Positions 12,193 through 23,924 of a stretch of 64,000 bases of DNA are shown one piece after another. Under the pieces are notes generated by a model, which was not told where the DNA came from, searched no databases, and was given only the letters and a program-made list of their open reading frames with translations. The first letter of the stretch is position 1. The number at the start of each line of letters is the position of its first letter. The translations under genes and the position numbers were made by a program. The stretch comes from Macrostomum lignano (Eukaryota): positions 124,001 to 188,000 of the forward strand of contig NIVC01000090.1 in NCBI GenBank assembly GCA_002269645.1, written 5' to 3'.

Positions 12193-14736
12193 ATGTCGGG
12201 CAATACGAGCGGCAGTGGCGGCAGCAGCGGCGGCTGCACCCTGTTAGACTATGACGTACTGTGCGAGATCGGCACCGGCTCTTACGGCACTTGCGCTAAA
12301 ATTCGACGCAAACGCGACGGCCTTATTCTAGTATGGAAAGAATTAAGCTACGTCACTATGACCGAAGCTGAGAAGCGCTACCTCTGCTCCGAGGTGAACC
12401 TATTGAAAAGTTTAAGTCATCCTAATATTGTCAAATACGTTGACCGAATACACGACCGCGCCACTGGAAAGGTGTACATCATTATGGAGTATTGCGACGG
12501 CGGCGACTTGTTGAAGAGGATTCGAGCGCATCGAGAGAAAAAGTCAGTAATCCTTTATTAAAGCTACTTTAAGTAGGCGTAAATGCTAGCTTTTGCTACT
12601 TTCTTTTAAAAAAAGTCACGTAGATACCGTAGGTTATTAGGTAGATAGAGTCTGGTGAATTGGATGGACAACCTTAGTAGAGCTCCCGTGAGTAGGTTGG
12701 GTAGACAACCCTTCGTAGTGTGGGTAGATAACTCTGAGAAGGTTGGGTAGACACCCCTTAGTAGTGTGGGTAGATAACTCTGAGAAGGTTGGGTAGAGAC
12801 CCCTTAGCGGGTTGAATAGACAACCCAGTGTAGGTTGGGTAGACTCCCTGAGTAGGTTGGGTAGACAACTATTAGAAGTGCGGGTAGATAACCCTGAGTA
12901 GGTTGGGTAGATACCCTAGTATAGAAACTTAGTAGGTTGGGTAGACAACCCTTAGTAGTGTGGGTAGGCTCCCTTGAGTAGGTTGGGTAGACACGCTCTT
13001 GGTAGATCGGGTAGATACAACTTAGTAGATTGTATAGACAGACCTTAATAGGTCATAGGGTGGACACCTTTAATATAGGTGATATAGGTGGATGCGGACA
13101 AGCCTTTATGGGGTTAGGTAGACTTAGAAGATTAAGTAGAAGGGTTTTCTGCCTTAGTATATTACCAGTGAAAACTTCATTTAACTCTATAATGAAGCTT
13201 ACAAATTTTAATCCCAATCGCCCCGTATCCCCGCCAGGAAGTACATCCCGGAGCAGCAGATCTGGAAGTGGCTGACGCAGCTGTCGTTGGCTCTCCGCTG
13301 CTGCCACTGTCGCCAAGGCGTGAAGGCGGTGCTGCACAGGGATCTGAAGCCGGCCAACTGCTTCCTGGACTCTGACGGCAACCTGAAGCTGGGCGACTTC
13401 GGCCTGGCCAGGGTGCTTCGCCACAGCGGCAGCTTTGCCAGCACCTTCGTTGGCACGCCGTACTACATGAGCCCGGAGCAGATGCAGAAGAGCGCCTACA
13501 CCGAGAAGTCCGATATCTGGTCTCTGGGCATTGTGGCTTACGAATTGGCCTGTCTGAGGCCTCCGTTTGTGGCCGACAAGCAGAGGGACCTGGCAACCAG
13601 AATTCGGCGAGGCGAGTTCGAACCTCCGCCTGATTGGTACGCGGACCTGTTGGTTGTTAATTAATAGCGTGTACTACGATAGTTAGTGGTTAGGTCATTG
13701 TGGTAATCAGGTAGCTCATTATGTCTAACAGTTAGGTCATTATGTCTAACAGGTAGGTCATCATGTCTAACAGGTAGGCCATTATGTCTTACAGGTAGGT
13801 CATGGTATCTAACATGTAAGTCAATATGTCTAACAAGTAGCTATTTTGTCTAACAAATAGCTTATTATGTCTAACAGGTAGCCTAATATGTCTAACAGGT
13901 AGGTCATTATGTCTAACAGGTAGGTCATTATGTCTAACAGGTAGGTCATTATGTCTAACAGGTAGGTCATTATGTCTAACAGGTAGGTCATTATGTCTTA
14001 CAGGTAGGTCATTATGTCTAACAGGTAGGTCATTATGTCTAACAGGTAGGTCATTATGTCCTACAGGTAGGTCATTATGTCTTACATGTAGCCCAGGTAG
14101 ATCAGTTAATCAAACAAATGCATATAATTCAAGTAGAGTGACATTCAGTTCATTTAATCAATCTAGCATGTACACATTGATTAGTGTAGTCTAACATACA
14201 AAAAACCAGTTGTAAAAGTTAGTTTACGACACAGTCTACTGTCTGCAGCAAGCGATTAGGTTAGTGCTGTACTTACACATATATTAGGATAAGTCTTTGA
14301 CACCGCAATGTAACGCTGCATAAAAACATCACTTTCTGCAGCTACAGTCCGGCCCTGCGAGCTCTCATTGCCGACTGTTTAGCAGTCACGCCGGAGCATC
14401 GGCCCAGCGTTGAGGACCTGCTCCAACGACCGGAAATGATTCCCTATTCGGGTTCCGGAGCGGAAGAATCCATTTCGCCGGAGCGCGGCAGTCTGCAGAG
14501 CTGGGCAGATTCCCTGGCTAAGCGCGAGTCCGCAGTTCGGCGCGCCAGCGCCCAGTTAGAATCGGCGCGACTCGATTTGAAAGCGCGCCAGCGCAGCCTG
14601 TCTGAATTGGAGGCGCGATTGGCGGCGCGCGAACGAGCGCTGATTGACGTGGAACGGAAGCTGGCTAATGGCCAAGCACAGCTGCGGTTTGAGCAGCTCA
14701 GACTGGCTGAGTCCGCTGCGGTTCAGAGATTGGTGA

Positions 14737-14788
<52 letters not shown>

Positions 14789-14811
14789 TTCAGTCTGTCT
14801 GTCTGTCTGTC

Positions 14812-14886
<75 letters not shown>

Positions 14887-14909
14887 GTCTGTCTGTCTGT
14901 CTGTCTGAC

Positions 14910-14990
<81 letters not shown>

Positions 14991-15390
14991 GTCTGCCTTG
15001 CCAACCTAATATATTTATTTACCACGCTAAAAATTGCAGGATGCTGCCACAAGCACGGAGCCAACTATTAGCAATGGTAGGCCGACCTGCGATCGCTGCT
15101 CCTCCTGCCAACAACTGCCGCAGTTCACAACTCCGGACACTCCGCCCCCGGAGGCTGTCGCATTGTCGGCTCCATCGGCGACGTCGTTCTCTGCGGTGTC
15201 AGTCGGTTTACCGCCGCCCGTCGTCGGTTTAAACGGCCGGCAGAGACGCAGCGGCGCCAGTTCGACACCGACGAATTCTAGGAAAGTCCAGCCCGACGAG
15301 CAGCAGCAGTCTGCGGCAGTTCGAAGGCCGCCGATCCCCGCTCCTCGACGCTCGGTGCTTCGCGATCAAGCAAATCAATTGTATTGTTAA
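12193..15390 (+). CDS. NEK2: NEK2-like serine/threonine kinase paralogue B (496 aa)
   Basis: Exons 12193-12542, 13238-13636, 14342-14732, 15040-15390 splice in frame. IGTGSYG loop, LVWKE, SEVNLL, HPNIV, HRDLKPAN, DFG, GTPYYMSPE, then a NEK2-type leucine zipper. Confidence 0.9.
12650..13200. repeat. Degenerate gtaggttgggtagacaaccctt array in NEK-B intron 1
   Basis: Reverse-complement relative of 8750-9330. Confidence 0.8.
13710..14090. repeat. 21-bp minisatellite (gtaggtcattatgtctaacag) in NEK-B intron 2
   Basis: Tandem periodicity, about 18 copies. Confidence 0.95.
14737..14995. repeat. (CTGT)n microsatellite in NEK-B intron 3
   Basis: Direct. Confidence 0.97.
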
Positions 15391-16189
15391 TAATTGTAAT
15401 AATTATCGATTTTTATTAGGCATCGGTTTTGTGTTATCGTGTAATTAATCTAATTGATATTATTGTGTCTTAAATATAGGGTTTAGCCATAGACAACAGT
15501 AATTCAGCCTGGACCTGGATTCTCGTGTTGTCTATGGCCCAACCTATATAATAATTGAGAAATAAGCTTGTATTTTACTATCTGTAATGTATCTTACGAT
15601 ACATATCGGCTGTCGGACTGGATTTTGGCTATCAAAAATAATTGTTATAATTTTAATACTCGAAAACTAATAGCTGAAGTAGTGAAATATTTGTTTAGCA
15701 TTTTCTAATTTTGCTGGTCTATCTTAGTCCGAAAAATTAAAATTTAATAAAAATAGAAATTTAAATTTAATAATGGTATAACTCTGTTGTAGCTTCATAA
15801 ATTTATATAAAGTCTAATTTAAATGTTTTTTTCTAATTGCATTTGATGTCCAATGCATGCATTTGTTTTTAACTTGTCCGAATACCAACTAGTTCAATCT
15901 ATGCAGCATTTTCAGTATTTTACAATATTTTAGTTAATTAACTTTTTCAGCTCAATTTTTCTTAACGTTTCAACTTTCAATTCATATTTTAGCATTTCAT
16001 AGTAGTTTTTTTGTCAAGTCAAATATTTTCTGTAAAAATAAATTATATTATATTGGTTGTAAACGTACTGGCATATCATACAGTAGTATTTCTTTTTTGC
16101 TAGTTTTATCTTTTTTCTATTGCCCTTTTAAAAAGGAAAACTTTAGGAAAATTGCGGTTCAAGAGATAGTTGGACATTTTTTAACATTT

Positions 16190-16560
16190 TGACAGTTTCG
16201 ATCACAGTTTAGGTGATAGTTGGACAGTTTAGACACCACGGATTTAGGTGATAATTGGACAGTTTAGACACCTCAGATTTAGGTGATAGTTGGACAGTTT
16301 AGACACCTCAGATTTAGGTGATAATTGGACAGTTTAGACACCTCAGATTTAGGTGATAGTTGGACAGTTTAGACACCTCAGATTTAGGTGATAGTTGGAC
16401 AGTTTAGACACCTCAGATTTAGGTGATAATTGGACAGTTTAGACACCTCAGATTTAGGTGATAGTTGGACAGTTTAGACACCTCAGATTTAGGTGATAGT
16501 TGGACAGTTTAGACACCTCAGATTTAGGTGTTAATTGGACAGTTTAGACACCTCAGATTC
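16190..16560. repeat. 35-bp minisatellite (gatttaggtgatagttggacagtttagacacctca)
   Basis: Tandem periodicity. Confidence 0.95.
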
Positions 16561-16631
16561 AGGCGATACAATAACGCTTATGACTATATTGCATTACAGG
16601 TATCAATTACAACTGAAATTTGAAAGAAGGA

Positions 16632-17408
16632 ATGCAACAGCAATTAGCCTTTGAATTTCCTTTATGGTCGTGGAATTTCGAGCCAGCTCCCGTAGCCTTA
16701 TTCGAATCCTTATGCGGCGCTAATCGCGACAATTTATTATTACCATCGCGACCGATCACTCTGCGCTGCCGGGACAGTGTGGAAGTGTACACCAATGCCT
16801 ATATCTTATGCCTGCACTCGCCAGTGTTCCGGGCTATGCTTGGCCGGAGCGGTAGCGGCAGCGACGGTTTTAAAGAATGCGATTCCAGCTGCATCGATTT
16901 GCCAGATAAAAAAGCTACAGATGTCAGTTTCATGGTGAACTTGCTGTCATCTGGCGGTTTAGAGTTTCAACAGGCCTGCTTCACCAGAGACAACGTAGTG
17001 CCGGCAATGGCCCTGTTTCGCGAATACCAAATGGTGGCGCCATTGGCTAGGGCTGTGCAGTTTTTGAAACGCGATTTCTTAGAAATTCGACCTATTAAAG
17101 AGCCGGATCGGTTTATGGAATTGGCGCTAAGATACTTGATGCTGATTAGGCAATACCAGTTAGAGGAGCTGAAGTCACTGATTCTGGCCGAGATCAAAGG
17201 TTATTACGTGAACGCCAGGGTGTGCAAAATGTTAGGCGCCACAGATAAATCTGTTGCCGGGCGAAATCCTTTTGGCTATTCGGCCGACATAGCAACTAAC
17301 GCCAATAGTTTACTCTGTCCGCTAGAGAATCCGAGAAGGTTGCCGCTGTTTGATCAGCTGGATGCGGCTACTCAACAGAAGGTCCTGTCCGTTTGGTCTG
17401 TTAAGTGA
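16632..17408 (+). CDS. Single-exon BTB/POZ-domain protein (258 aa)
   Basis: ATG at 16632 inside ORF 16620-17408; BTB signature ILCLHSPVFRAML...FKEC...IDLPD; acceptor-like tacAG at 16598-16599 upstream. Confidence 0.75.
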   Translation: MQQQLAFEFPLWSWNFEPAPVALFESLCGANRDNLLLPSRPITLRCRDSVEVYTNAYILCLHSPVFRAMLGRSGSGSDGFKECDSSCIDLPDKKATDVSFMVNLLSSGGLEFQQACFTRDNVVPAMALFREYQMVAPLARAVQFLKRDFLEIRPIKEPDRFMELALRYLMLIRQYQLEELKSLILAEIKGYYVNARVCKMLGATDKSVAGRNPFGYSADIATNANSLLCPLENPRRLPLFDQLDAATQQKVLSVWSVK

Positions 17409-17499
17409 AGCTGGATTTCTTGTGAACACCATCATCTGATGTATTATCGAACAATATGTTTTGCATCACCTTACTGCCTCAGATCAACAAGCCTGTCTA

Positions 17500-18180
17500 A
17501 CATCCTTCCTATTACATCAGTTGCTGGGCAGCCTCCCAGATCCTCAGTTGCTAGGCCAGTCTCCCAGATTCCCAGTTGCTGGGCCAGCCTCCCAGATCCT
17601 CAGTTGCTAGGCCAGCCTCCCAGTTCCTCAGTTGCTGGGCCAGCCTCCCAAATCCTCAGTTGCTAGGCCAGCCTTTCAGATCCTCAGTTGCTGGGCCAGC
17701 CTCCCAGATCCTCAGTTGCTAGGCCAGCCTCCCAGATCCTCAGTTGCTAGGCCAGCCTCCCAGATCCTCAGTTGCTGGGCCAGCCTCCCAGATCCTCAGT
17801 TGCTAGGCCAGCCTTTCAGATCCTCAGTTGCTAGGCCAGCCTCCCAGATCCTCAGTTGCTGGGCCAGCCTCCCAAATCCTCAGTTGCTAGGCCAGCCTCC
17901 CAGATCCTCAGTTGCTGGGCCAGCCTCCCAAATCCTCAGTTGCTAGGCCAGCCTTTCAGATCCTCAGTTGCTGGGCCAGCCTCCCAGATCCTCAGTTGCT
18001 AGGCCAGCCTCCCAGATCCTCAGTTGCTAGGCCAGCCTCCCAGATCCTCAGTTGCTGGGCCAGCCTCCCAGATCCTCAGTTGCTGGGCCAGCCTCCAAGA
18101 TCCTCAGTTGCTGGGCCAGCCTCCCAGATCATCAGTTGCTAGGCCAGCCTCCCAGATCCTCACTTGCTGGGCCAGCCTCC
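17500..18180. repeat. 28-bp minisatellite (ctcccagatcctcagttgctaggccagc)
   Basis: Tandem periodicity downstream of the BTB stop. Confidence 0.95.
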
Positions 18181-18399
18181 AAGGTGCTCTGAAGATTTTT
18201 GCAGACATGATTGTTTCCGTCCGTTATGACCTTTTTATGTCTTCCATGGGCAATGCACATTCCATTTTGAATTTTTTTAAATACATGAGTTTCTGTATTT
18301 TTTAAAAAGTTAATTTTATTTTTTAAGTTTAAAATTTTTGACTTTTTGTTTTGCTAATTATGAAATAAAACTTTACACAGATCTTACCAGACCCAGGAG

Positions 18400-20020
18400 T
18401 CGAGCCCCTATTTTCATAGATCCCCAGATTCGAACCCCTATCTTCTCAGATCCCCGGATTCAAACCTCTCTCTTCTCAGATCCCCGGATTCGAACCCCTA
18501 CCTTTCCGGATCCCGGGATTCGAATCGAACCCCTATCTTCTTAGATACCAGACTCGCACCCCTATCTTCCCAGATCCCCGGATTCGAACCCCAATCTACT
18601 TAGATCCCCAGATTCGAACCTCTATCTTCTTGGATCCCCGGATTCGAACCCATATCTTCTTAGATCCCCAGATTCGCACCCCTATCTTCTCAGATCCCCG
18701 GATTCGAACCCCTATCTTCTGAGATCCCGGCATTCGAACCTCTATCTTCTTAGATCCCAGACTCGCACATCTATCTTCTCAGATCCCCGGATTCGAACCC
18801 CTATCTTCTTAGATCCCAGATTCGAACCCCAATCTTCTTTGATCCCCAGATTCGAACCTCTATCTTCTCAGATCCCCAGATTCGAACCCCAATCTTCTCA
18901 GATCCCCGGATTCGAACCCCTATCTTCTGAGATCCCCAGATTCGAACCCCAATCTTCTTAGATCCCCAGATTCGAACCCCAATCATCTTAGATTGCCAGA
19001 TTCGAACCCCAATCTTCTTAGATCCCCATATTCGAACCTCTATCTTCTCAGATCCCCAGATTCGAACCCCTATCTTCTCAGATCCCCGGATTCGAACCCC
19101 TATCTTCTCGGATCCCGGGATTCGAACCTCTATCTTCTTAGATCCCAGACTCGCACATCTATCTTCTCAGATCCCCGGATTCGAACCCCTATCTTCTTAG
19201 ATCCCAGATTCGAACCCAATCTTCTTTGATCCCCAGATTCGAACCCCAATCATCTTAGATTCCCAGATTCGAACCCCAATCTTCTTAGATCCCCGGATTC
19301 GAACCCCTATCTTCTGAGATCCCGGCATTCGAACCTCTATCTTCTTAGATCCCAGACTCGCACATCTATCTTCTCAGATCCCCGGATTCGAACCCCTATC
19401 TTCTGAGATCCCCAGATTCGAACCCCAATCTTCTTAGATCCCCAGATTCGAACCCCAATCATCTTAGATTCCCAGATTCGAACCCCAATCTTCTTAGATC
19501 CCCATATTCGAACCTCTATCTTCTCAGATCCCCAGATTCGAACCCCAATCTTCTCAGATCCCCGGATTCGAACCCCAATCTTCTCAGATCCCCGGATTCG
19601 AACCCCAATCTTCTTAGATCCCCAGATTCGAACCCCAATCATCTTAGATTCCCAGATTCGAACCCCAATCTTCTTAGATCCCCAGATTCGAACCGCAATC
19701 TTCTTAGATCCCCAGATTCGAACCCAAATCTTCTTAGATCCCCAGATTTGCACCCCTATCTTCTCAGATCCCCAGATTCGAACCCCTATCTTCTTAGATC
19801 CCCAGATTCGAACCCCTATCTTCTCGGATCCCAGGATTCGAACCCCTATCTTCTTAGATCCCAGACTCGCACCCCTATCTTCTCAGATCCCCGGATTCGA
19901 ACCCCTATCTTCTGAGATCCCCGGATTCGAACCCCAATCATCTTAGATTCCTAGATTCGAACCCCTATCTTCTTAGATCCCCAATTTCGAAGCCTCTATC
20001 ATCCCAGATTCGAACCCCAT
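18400..20020. repeat. 30-bp minisatellite (cccagattcgaacccctatcttcttagatc), about 54 copies
   Basis: Tandem periodicity. Confidence 0.95.
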
Positions 20021-20116
20021 TTTATACCGCAGCCAAACTCCACTCAATTTGGTTACGGCAGCGACGGTAAGAGCCGTGTCGATCTGTCGAAGTCTTTGGT
20101 TAGTAAGTCATCTAAC

Positions 20117-23100
20117 ATGCAACAGACGGAGCTGCCTCAGCCTCCGCCGCCGCCGCATCCGCCTCCGCAGCGAGTCTGTAAGCCACTGGCCTGCGTGTTA
20201 AACCATCCAGTGAAGATCTACGCCCGCGGCGAGAACCCCATCAGTCCTAATGGTCAACGAGCGGCAGAAACTATTGACGCATCGATTCAAGCTTTGCGAA
20301 GTTTGCCCAGAAACTGTTCTAAGAATTCCACAGTTCGCCAGCTGTTGTGCCAGTCCGCTATTAAGGGTAGTCGACGGAGGCAGGAGCTGATGCAGTCTTT
20401 GACGAGACCGTCAGCTGGGTCGCATGCTAATGCTAGGTTAGTCTAGCTTTGATTAGTAATTAGTGTTGTAGCCTAGTGGCTAGAGTGTCGGACTCACGAC
20501 TTATTCCCGATCCCACTCGGAACAATTTGCATCCTTGAGCAAGACACTTAAATCTGCATTGCTTCAGTTCATCCAGCTGTAAAATGGGTTGCCAGCATTA
20601 GCTGGGGTAATTGACAGTGTGTGTGACGACCCCCCAGTCCTTGGACTGAACAGCCGTACGCAGCCTTCAGATGCGCCGCGCAATAGCTGCAGCTGAGCTG
20701 TCGGTTGCACATCTGGCCATCAGTGTAATCAATTTGTTATTATTATTGGTCGGCAAGGCAGAGAGAGAGTGTACATGCCTGACGATTAGATAGCCAAAGG
20801 GCCGCTGTACACCCTGTGTGAGCGTTTGCATGAGTGCCGTGCCTGCGTACAGTACTGGCGCGCTTGCATGTGTGCTCAGGAGTCGGCAGAGTCGGCAGAG
20901 TTGCCTCTGCACTGGAATTGAATTGTGGGTCGGTCGTTAAAGCGTTTTTTTTATTTAATGCAGTTGGCTGCGTGCACCCTGGCGCACTTTAAGCGATATT
21001 GTGGCACAGCCGGCGAGAGGCGTTACTGCCCATTCGCCGACTCCCTGAGCAGGCACACACTCACACAGGAGTGTACAGCGGCCCTAACTAGCTATCGTTA
21101 GGCATGTACACTTCACTGTGCCTTGGGGGTTGTTCCTGAAGCTGGGCGTTAATTGCACAAGCAGAGCCAAGCCGAGATACCAATTTAGCCCCCAAATTGA
21201 TGACTGCACTTGGAATCGAGCCTGGGCCGCTGGCACATCTGAGCGCCATGGTGTCTAGATGCTCATTAACTAGTGTCTTTTCACCCGCAGCCGACGCAAA
21301 AGTCTGCCAGCTCCAGCTGCCTACCAGCACGAGGCGACTGCCTCATCAAAAGCATCGACAACTCAACAATCTGGTCAGCGTAGTGTGTCGCTTCGGCTTG
21401 TCGGAGGCGGCGGTCGAGAAAGAGTTCTAGCGGCTCTGTCTGAGAATGCTTCAATGTCTGCGTCTGCTGGAGGAACAAAATCGCCGTCAAAATCTCCATT
21501 GTTTTATTGTGACGACGAGTCGTTAGATGAAGATGGGACGCATGCTGAGTCTGCTGAGCTCATTGAGGATGCAAAGCCTCAAGTGGAGACTGCTGGATGG
21601 GGTGAGGTTATGTTTGTTAGTTGCTGTTTTGATATTGAGAGTCTTTGTAGTGTCAATATCGAGTCTTTGTCCAAACAGATCTACCATCCCAACTGTATCA
21701 ATATTGAGTCTTTGTCCAAACAGATCTACCATCCCAACTGTATCAATATTGAGTCTTTGTCCAAACATGTCTACCATCCCAACTGTATCAATATTGAGTC
21801 TTTGTCCAAACAGATCTACCATCCCAACTGTATCAATATTGAGTCTTTGTCCAAACAGATCTACCATCCCAACTGTATCAATATTGAGTCTTTGCCCAAA
21901 CAGATCTACCATCCCAACTGTATCAATATTAAGTCTTTGTCCAAACAGATCTACCATCCCAACTGTATCAATATTGAGTCTTTGTGCAAACAGATCTACC
22001 ATCCCAACTGTATCAATATTAAGTCTTTGTCCAAACAGATCCACCATCCCAACTGTATCAATATTGAGTCTTTGTCCAAACAGATCCACCATCCCAACTG
22101 TATCAATATTGAGTCTTTGTCCAAACAGATCCACCATCCCAACTGTATCAATATTGAGTCTTTGTCCAAACAGATCTACCATCCCAACTGTATCAATATT
22201 GAGTCTTTGTCCAAATAGATCTACCATCCCAACTGTATCAATATTGAGTCAGATCTACCAGATCTACAGATCTACCATTCTATATCTAAGTCTATTTCTA
22301 TTTTCCAGCTAACGACTACGACAATCCATCAGATGAATTAACAGGCACTGATCCAGACTCTAGCAGTCTGACCCAGCTGACAGACTTGTCTCGTAATTTC
22401 GTTCTGTTGCATAGTAGACTCGACTTTGTTGAAAGCGAGTCAAAGCCTAAGCCTGCCGCTTATCATCACGATGTAACTAAATCTGCTGCTGCTGCTGCTG
22501 CTGATTTAAGTGTCGATGGTCGCCAACTATGCAGCAATCCGTCCATGGATTCCTCAGGCAGCAGTTCAACTGTCACAGGGGACAGCGGCGGAGACAAAGA
22601 CCCTACAGACAACAGTACATTGATGATGCGTAAAGCTGTGCGTTTTATTGATTCGTTTGGCTTAGACTTGACCTACACTAAACTGCTGGTTGATGTTGAC
22701 AAGCCGCCGGCTGTACCGCCGGAGGCGCTGCTCTATCTGGACCTGAGCGGCGGTCAGGACGACGAAACTGGGGCTACCGGCTGCAGGACTAAGTGGGTTT
22801 TGTTTCTAGTTAGCTGTGTTGTTAAACACCTGCTGGGGGGTGTCAGTTGCTAGGCCAGCCTACAAGCAACTCATGAACGTATCGTTGGCTCACTCCATCC
22901 TCGCCTCTAAAATGTCAGTCAGTCAGTCAGTCAGTCAGTCAGTCAGTCAGTCAGTCAGTCAGTCAGTCAGTCAGTCAGTCAGTCAGTCAGTCAGTCAGTC
23001 AGTCAGTCAGTCAGTCAGTCAGTCAGTCAGTCAGTCAGTCAGTCAGTCAGTCAGTCAGTCAGTCAGTCAGTCAGTCAGTCAGTCAGTCAGTCAGTCAGTC

Positions 23101-23218
23101 AGTCAGTCAGTCAGTCAGTCAGTCAGTCAGTCAGTCAGTCAGTCAGTCAGTCAGTCAGTCAGTCAGTCAGTCAGTCAGTCAGTCAGTCAGTCAGTCAGTC
23201 AGTCAGTCAGTCAGTCAG

Positions 23219-23258
<40 letters not shown>

Positions 23259-23837
23259 GAAGTCAGTCGGTCAATCAATCAATCAAGAAGTCAATGAATG
23301 AATGAATGAATCAATCAATCAATCAATCTATCAATCAATTATTATTCCAGATCCCAGCGCCGCCGTTCGTCCACCACAACGAGCCAATCAGGCCGGCCCT
23401 TCATCAGCGCCTGTTTCAGCCTCCCAGCCAGCCAGTCGGATCTGTTAAGAATCGTTTCGCATCGTAAAATTGCCCTGGAAAGCTGGGAAATGACTACTGA
23501 CTCGTGTCTAGTCAGCGGTATAGTTCGAGTAGCTAATCTGGGCTACGAGAAATGCGTTATTGTTCGAGTCAGTTTTAATAATTGGCGCACCTTTGCCGAT
23601 ATCTATGCCGCTTACGTCATCGACTCTAGCGACGGTCTGACCGACAGGTTCTCGTTTTCTTTTGTGTTGCCAAGGAATTTCTCTGTTGGAGATCGGGTGG
23701 AATTCTGCTTCAGATACGACTGCTACGGTTCTGTTTATTGGGACAGCAATGCCGGCAGGAATTACACTCTGGTTTATTTTGCCGCCAACCCTGACGTTGC
23801 TGATGTTAACGATGCAGGCTGGTTGCACTTTCTTTGA
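20117..23837 (+). CDS. Protein phosphatase 1 glycogen-targeting regulatory subunit (PPP1R3 family, CBM21; 533 aa)
   Basis: Exons 20117-20436, 21291-21601, 22309-22792, 23351-23837 splice in frame. RVxF-type KAVRF-x-D motif; CBM21 motifs GIVRVANLGYEK and YWDSNAGRNY; PKA-like RRKS and RRRSS sites. Confidence 0.88.
20465..20735 (+). mobile_element. SINE family A copy with B-box deletion (PPP1R3 intron 1)
   Basis: Same head, core and tail as 7497-7775. Confidence 0.8.
20762..20940 (+). mobile_element. SINE family B body fragment
   Basis: Reverse-complement match to 20965-21250 and 42936-43288. Confidence 0.65.
20965..21250 (-). mobile_element. SINE family B (putative tRNA-derived)
   Basis: B-box-like GGCTCGATTCC on the minus strand at 21212-21222; high similarity to 42936-43288. 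Confidence 0.7.
21650..22250. repeat. 45-bp minisatellite in PPP1R3 intron 2, about 13 copies
   Basis: Unit atcaatattgagtctttgtccaaacagatctaccatcccaactgt. Confidence 0.95.
22913..23335. repeat. (CAGT)n grading into (CAAT)n microsatellite in PPP1R3 intron 3
   Basis: Direct. Confidence 0.97.
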
Positions 23838-23924
23838 AAAGAAAATATTTTTGCGTATTCTAATTTGGTATTTATTGCTTCTATTAGTAATTACTTTGAT
23901 GGCAGAATTAATTGATTTTTTATC

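Noticed and set aside
14733-15039. VCLS/TDRQ ORFs here and at 27375, 39196 and 59577-60712; SQSV at 22816
   Set aside because: Tetranucleotide microsatellite translations.
21523-22312. 15-aa repeat proteins (INIESLSKQIYHPNC and others)
   Set aside because: 45-bp array inside PPP1R3 intron 2; canonical splice sites at 21602 and 22308 remove it and keep the frame.
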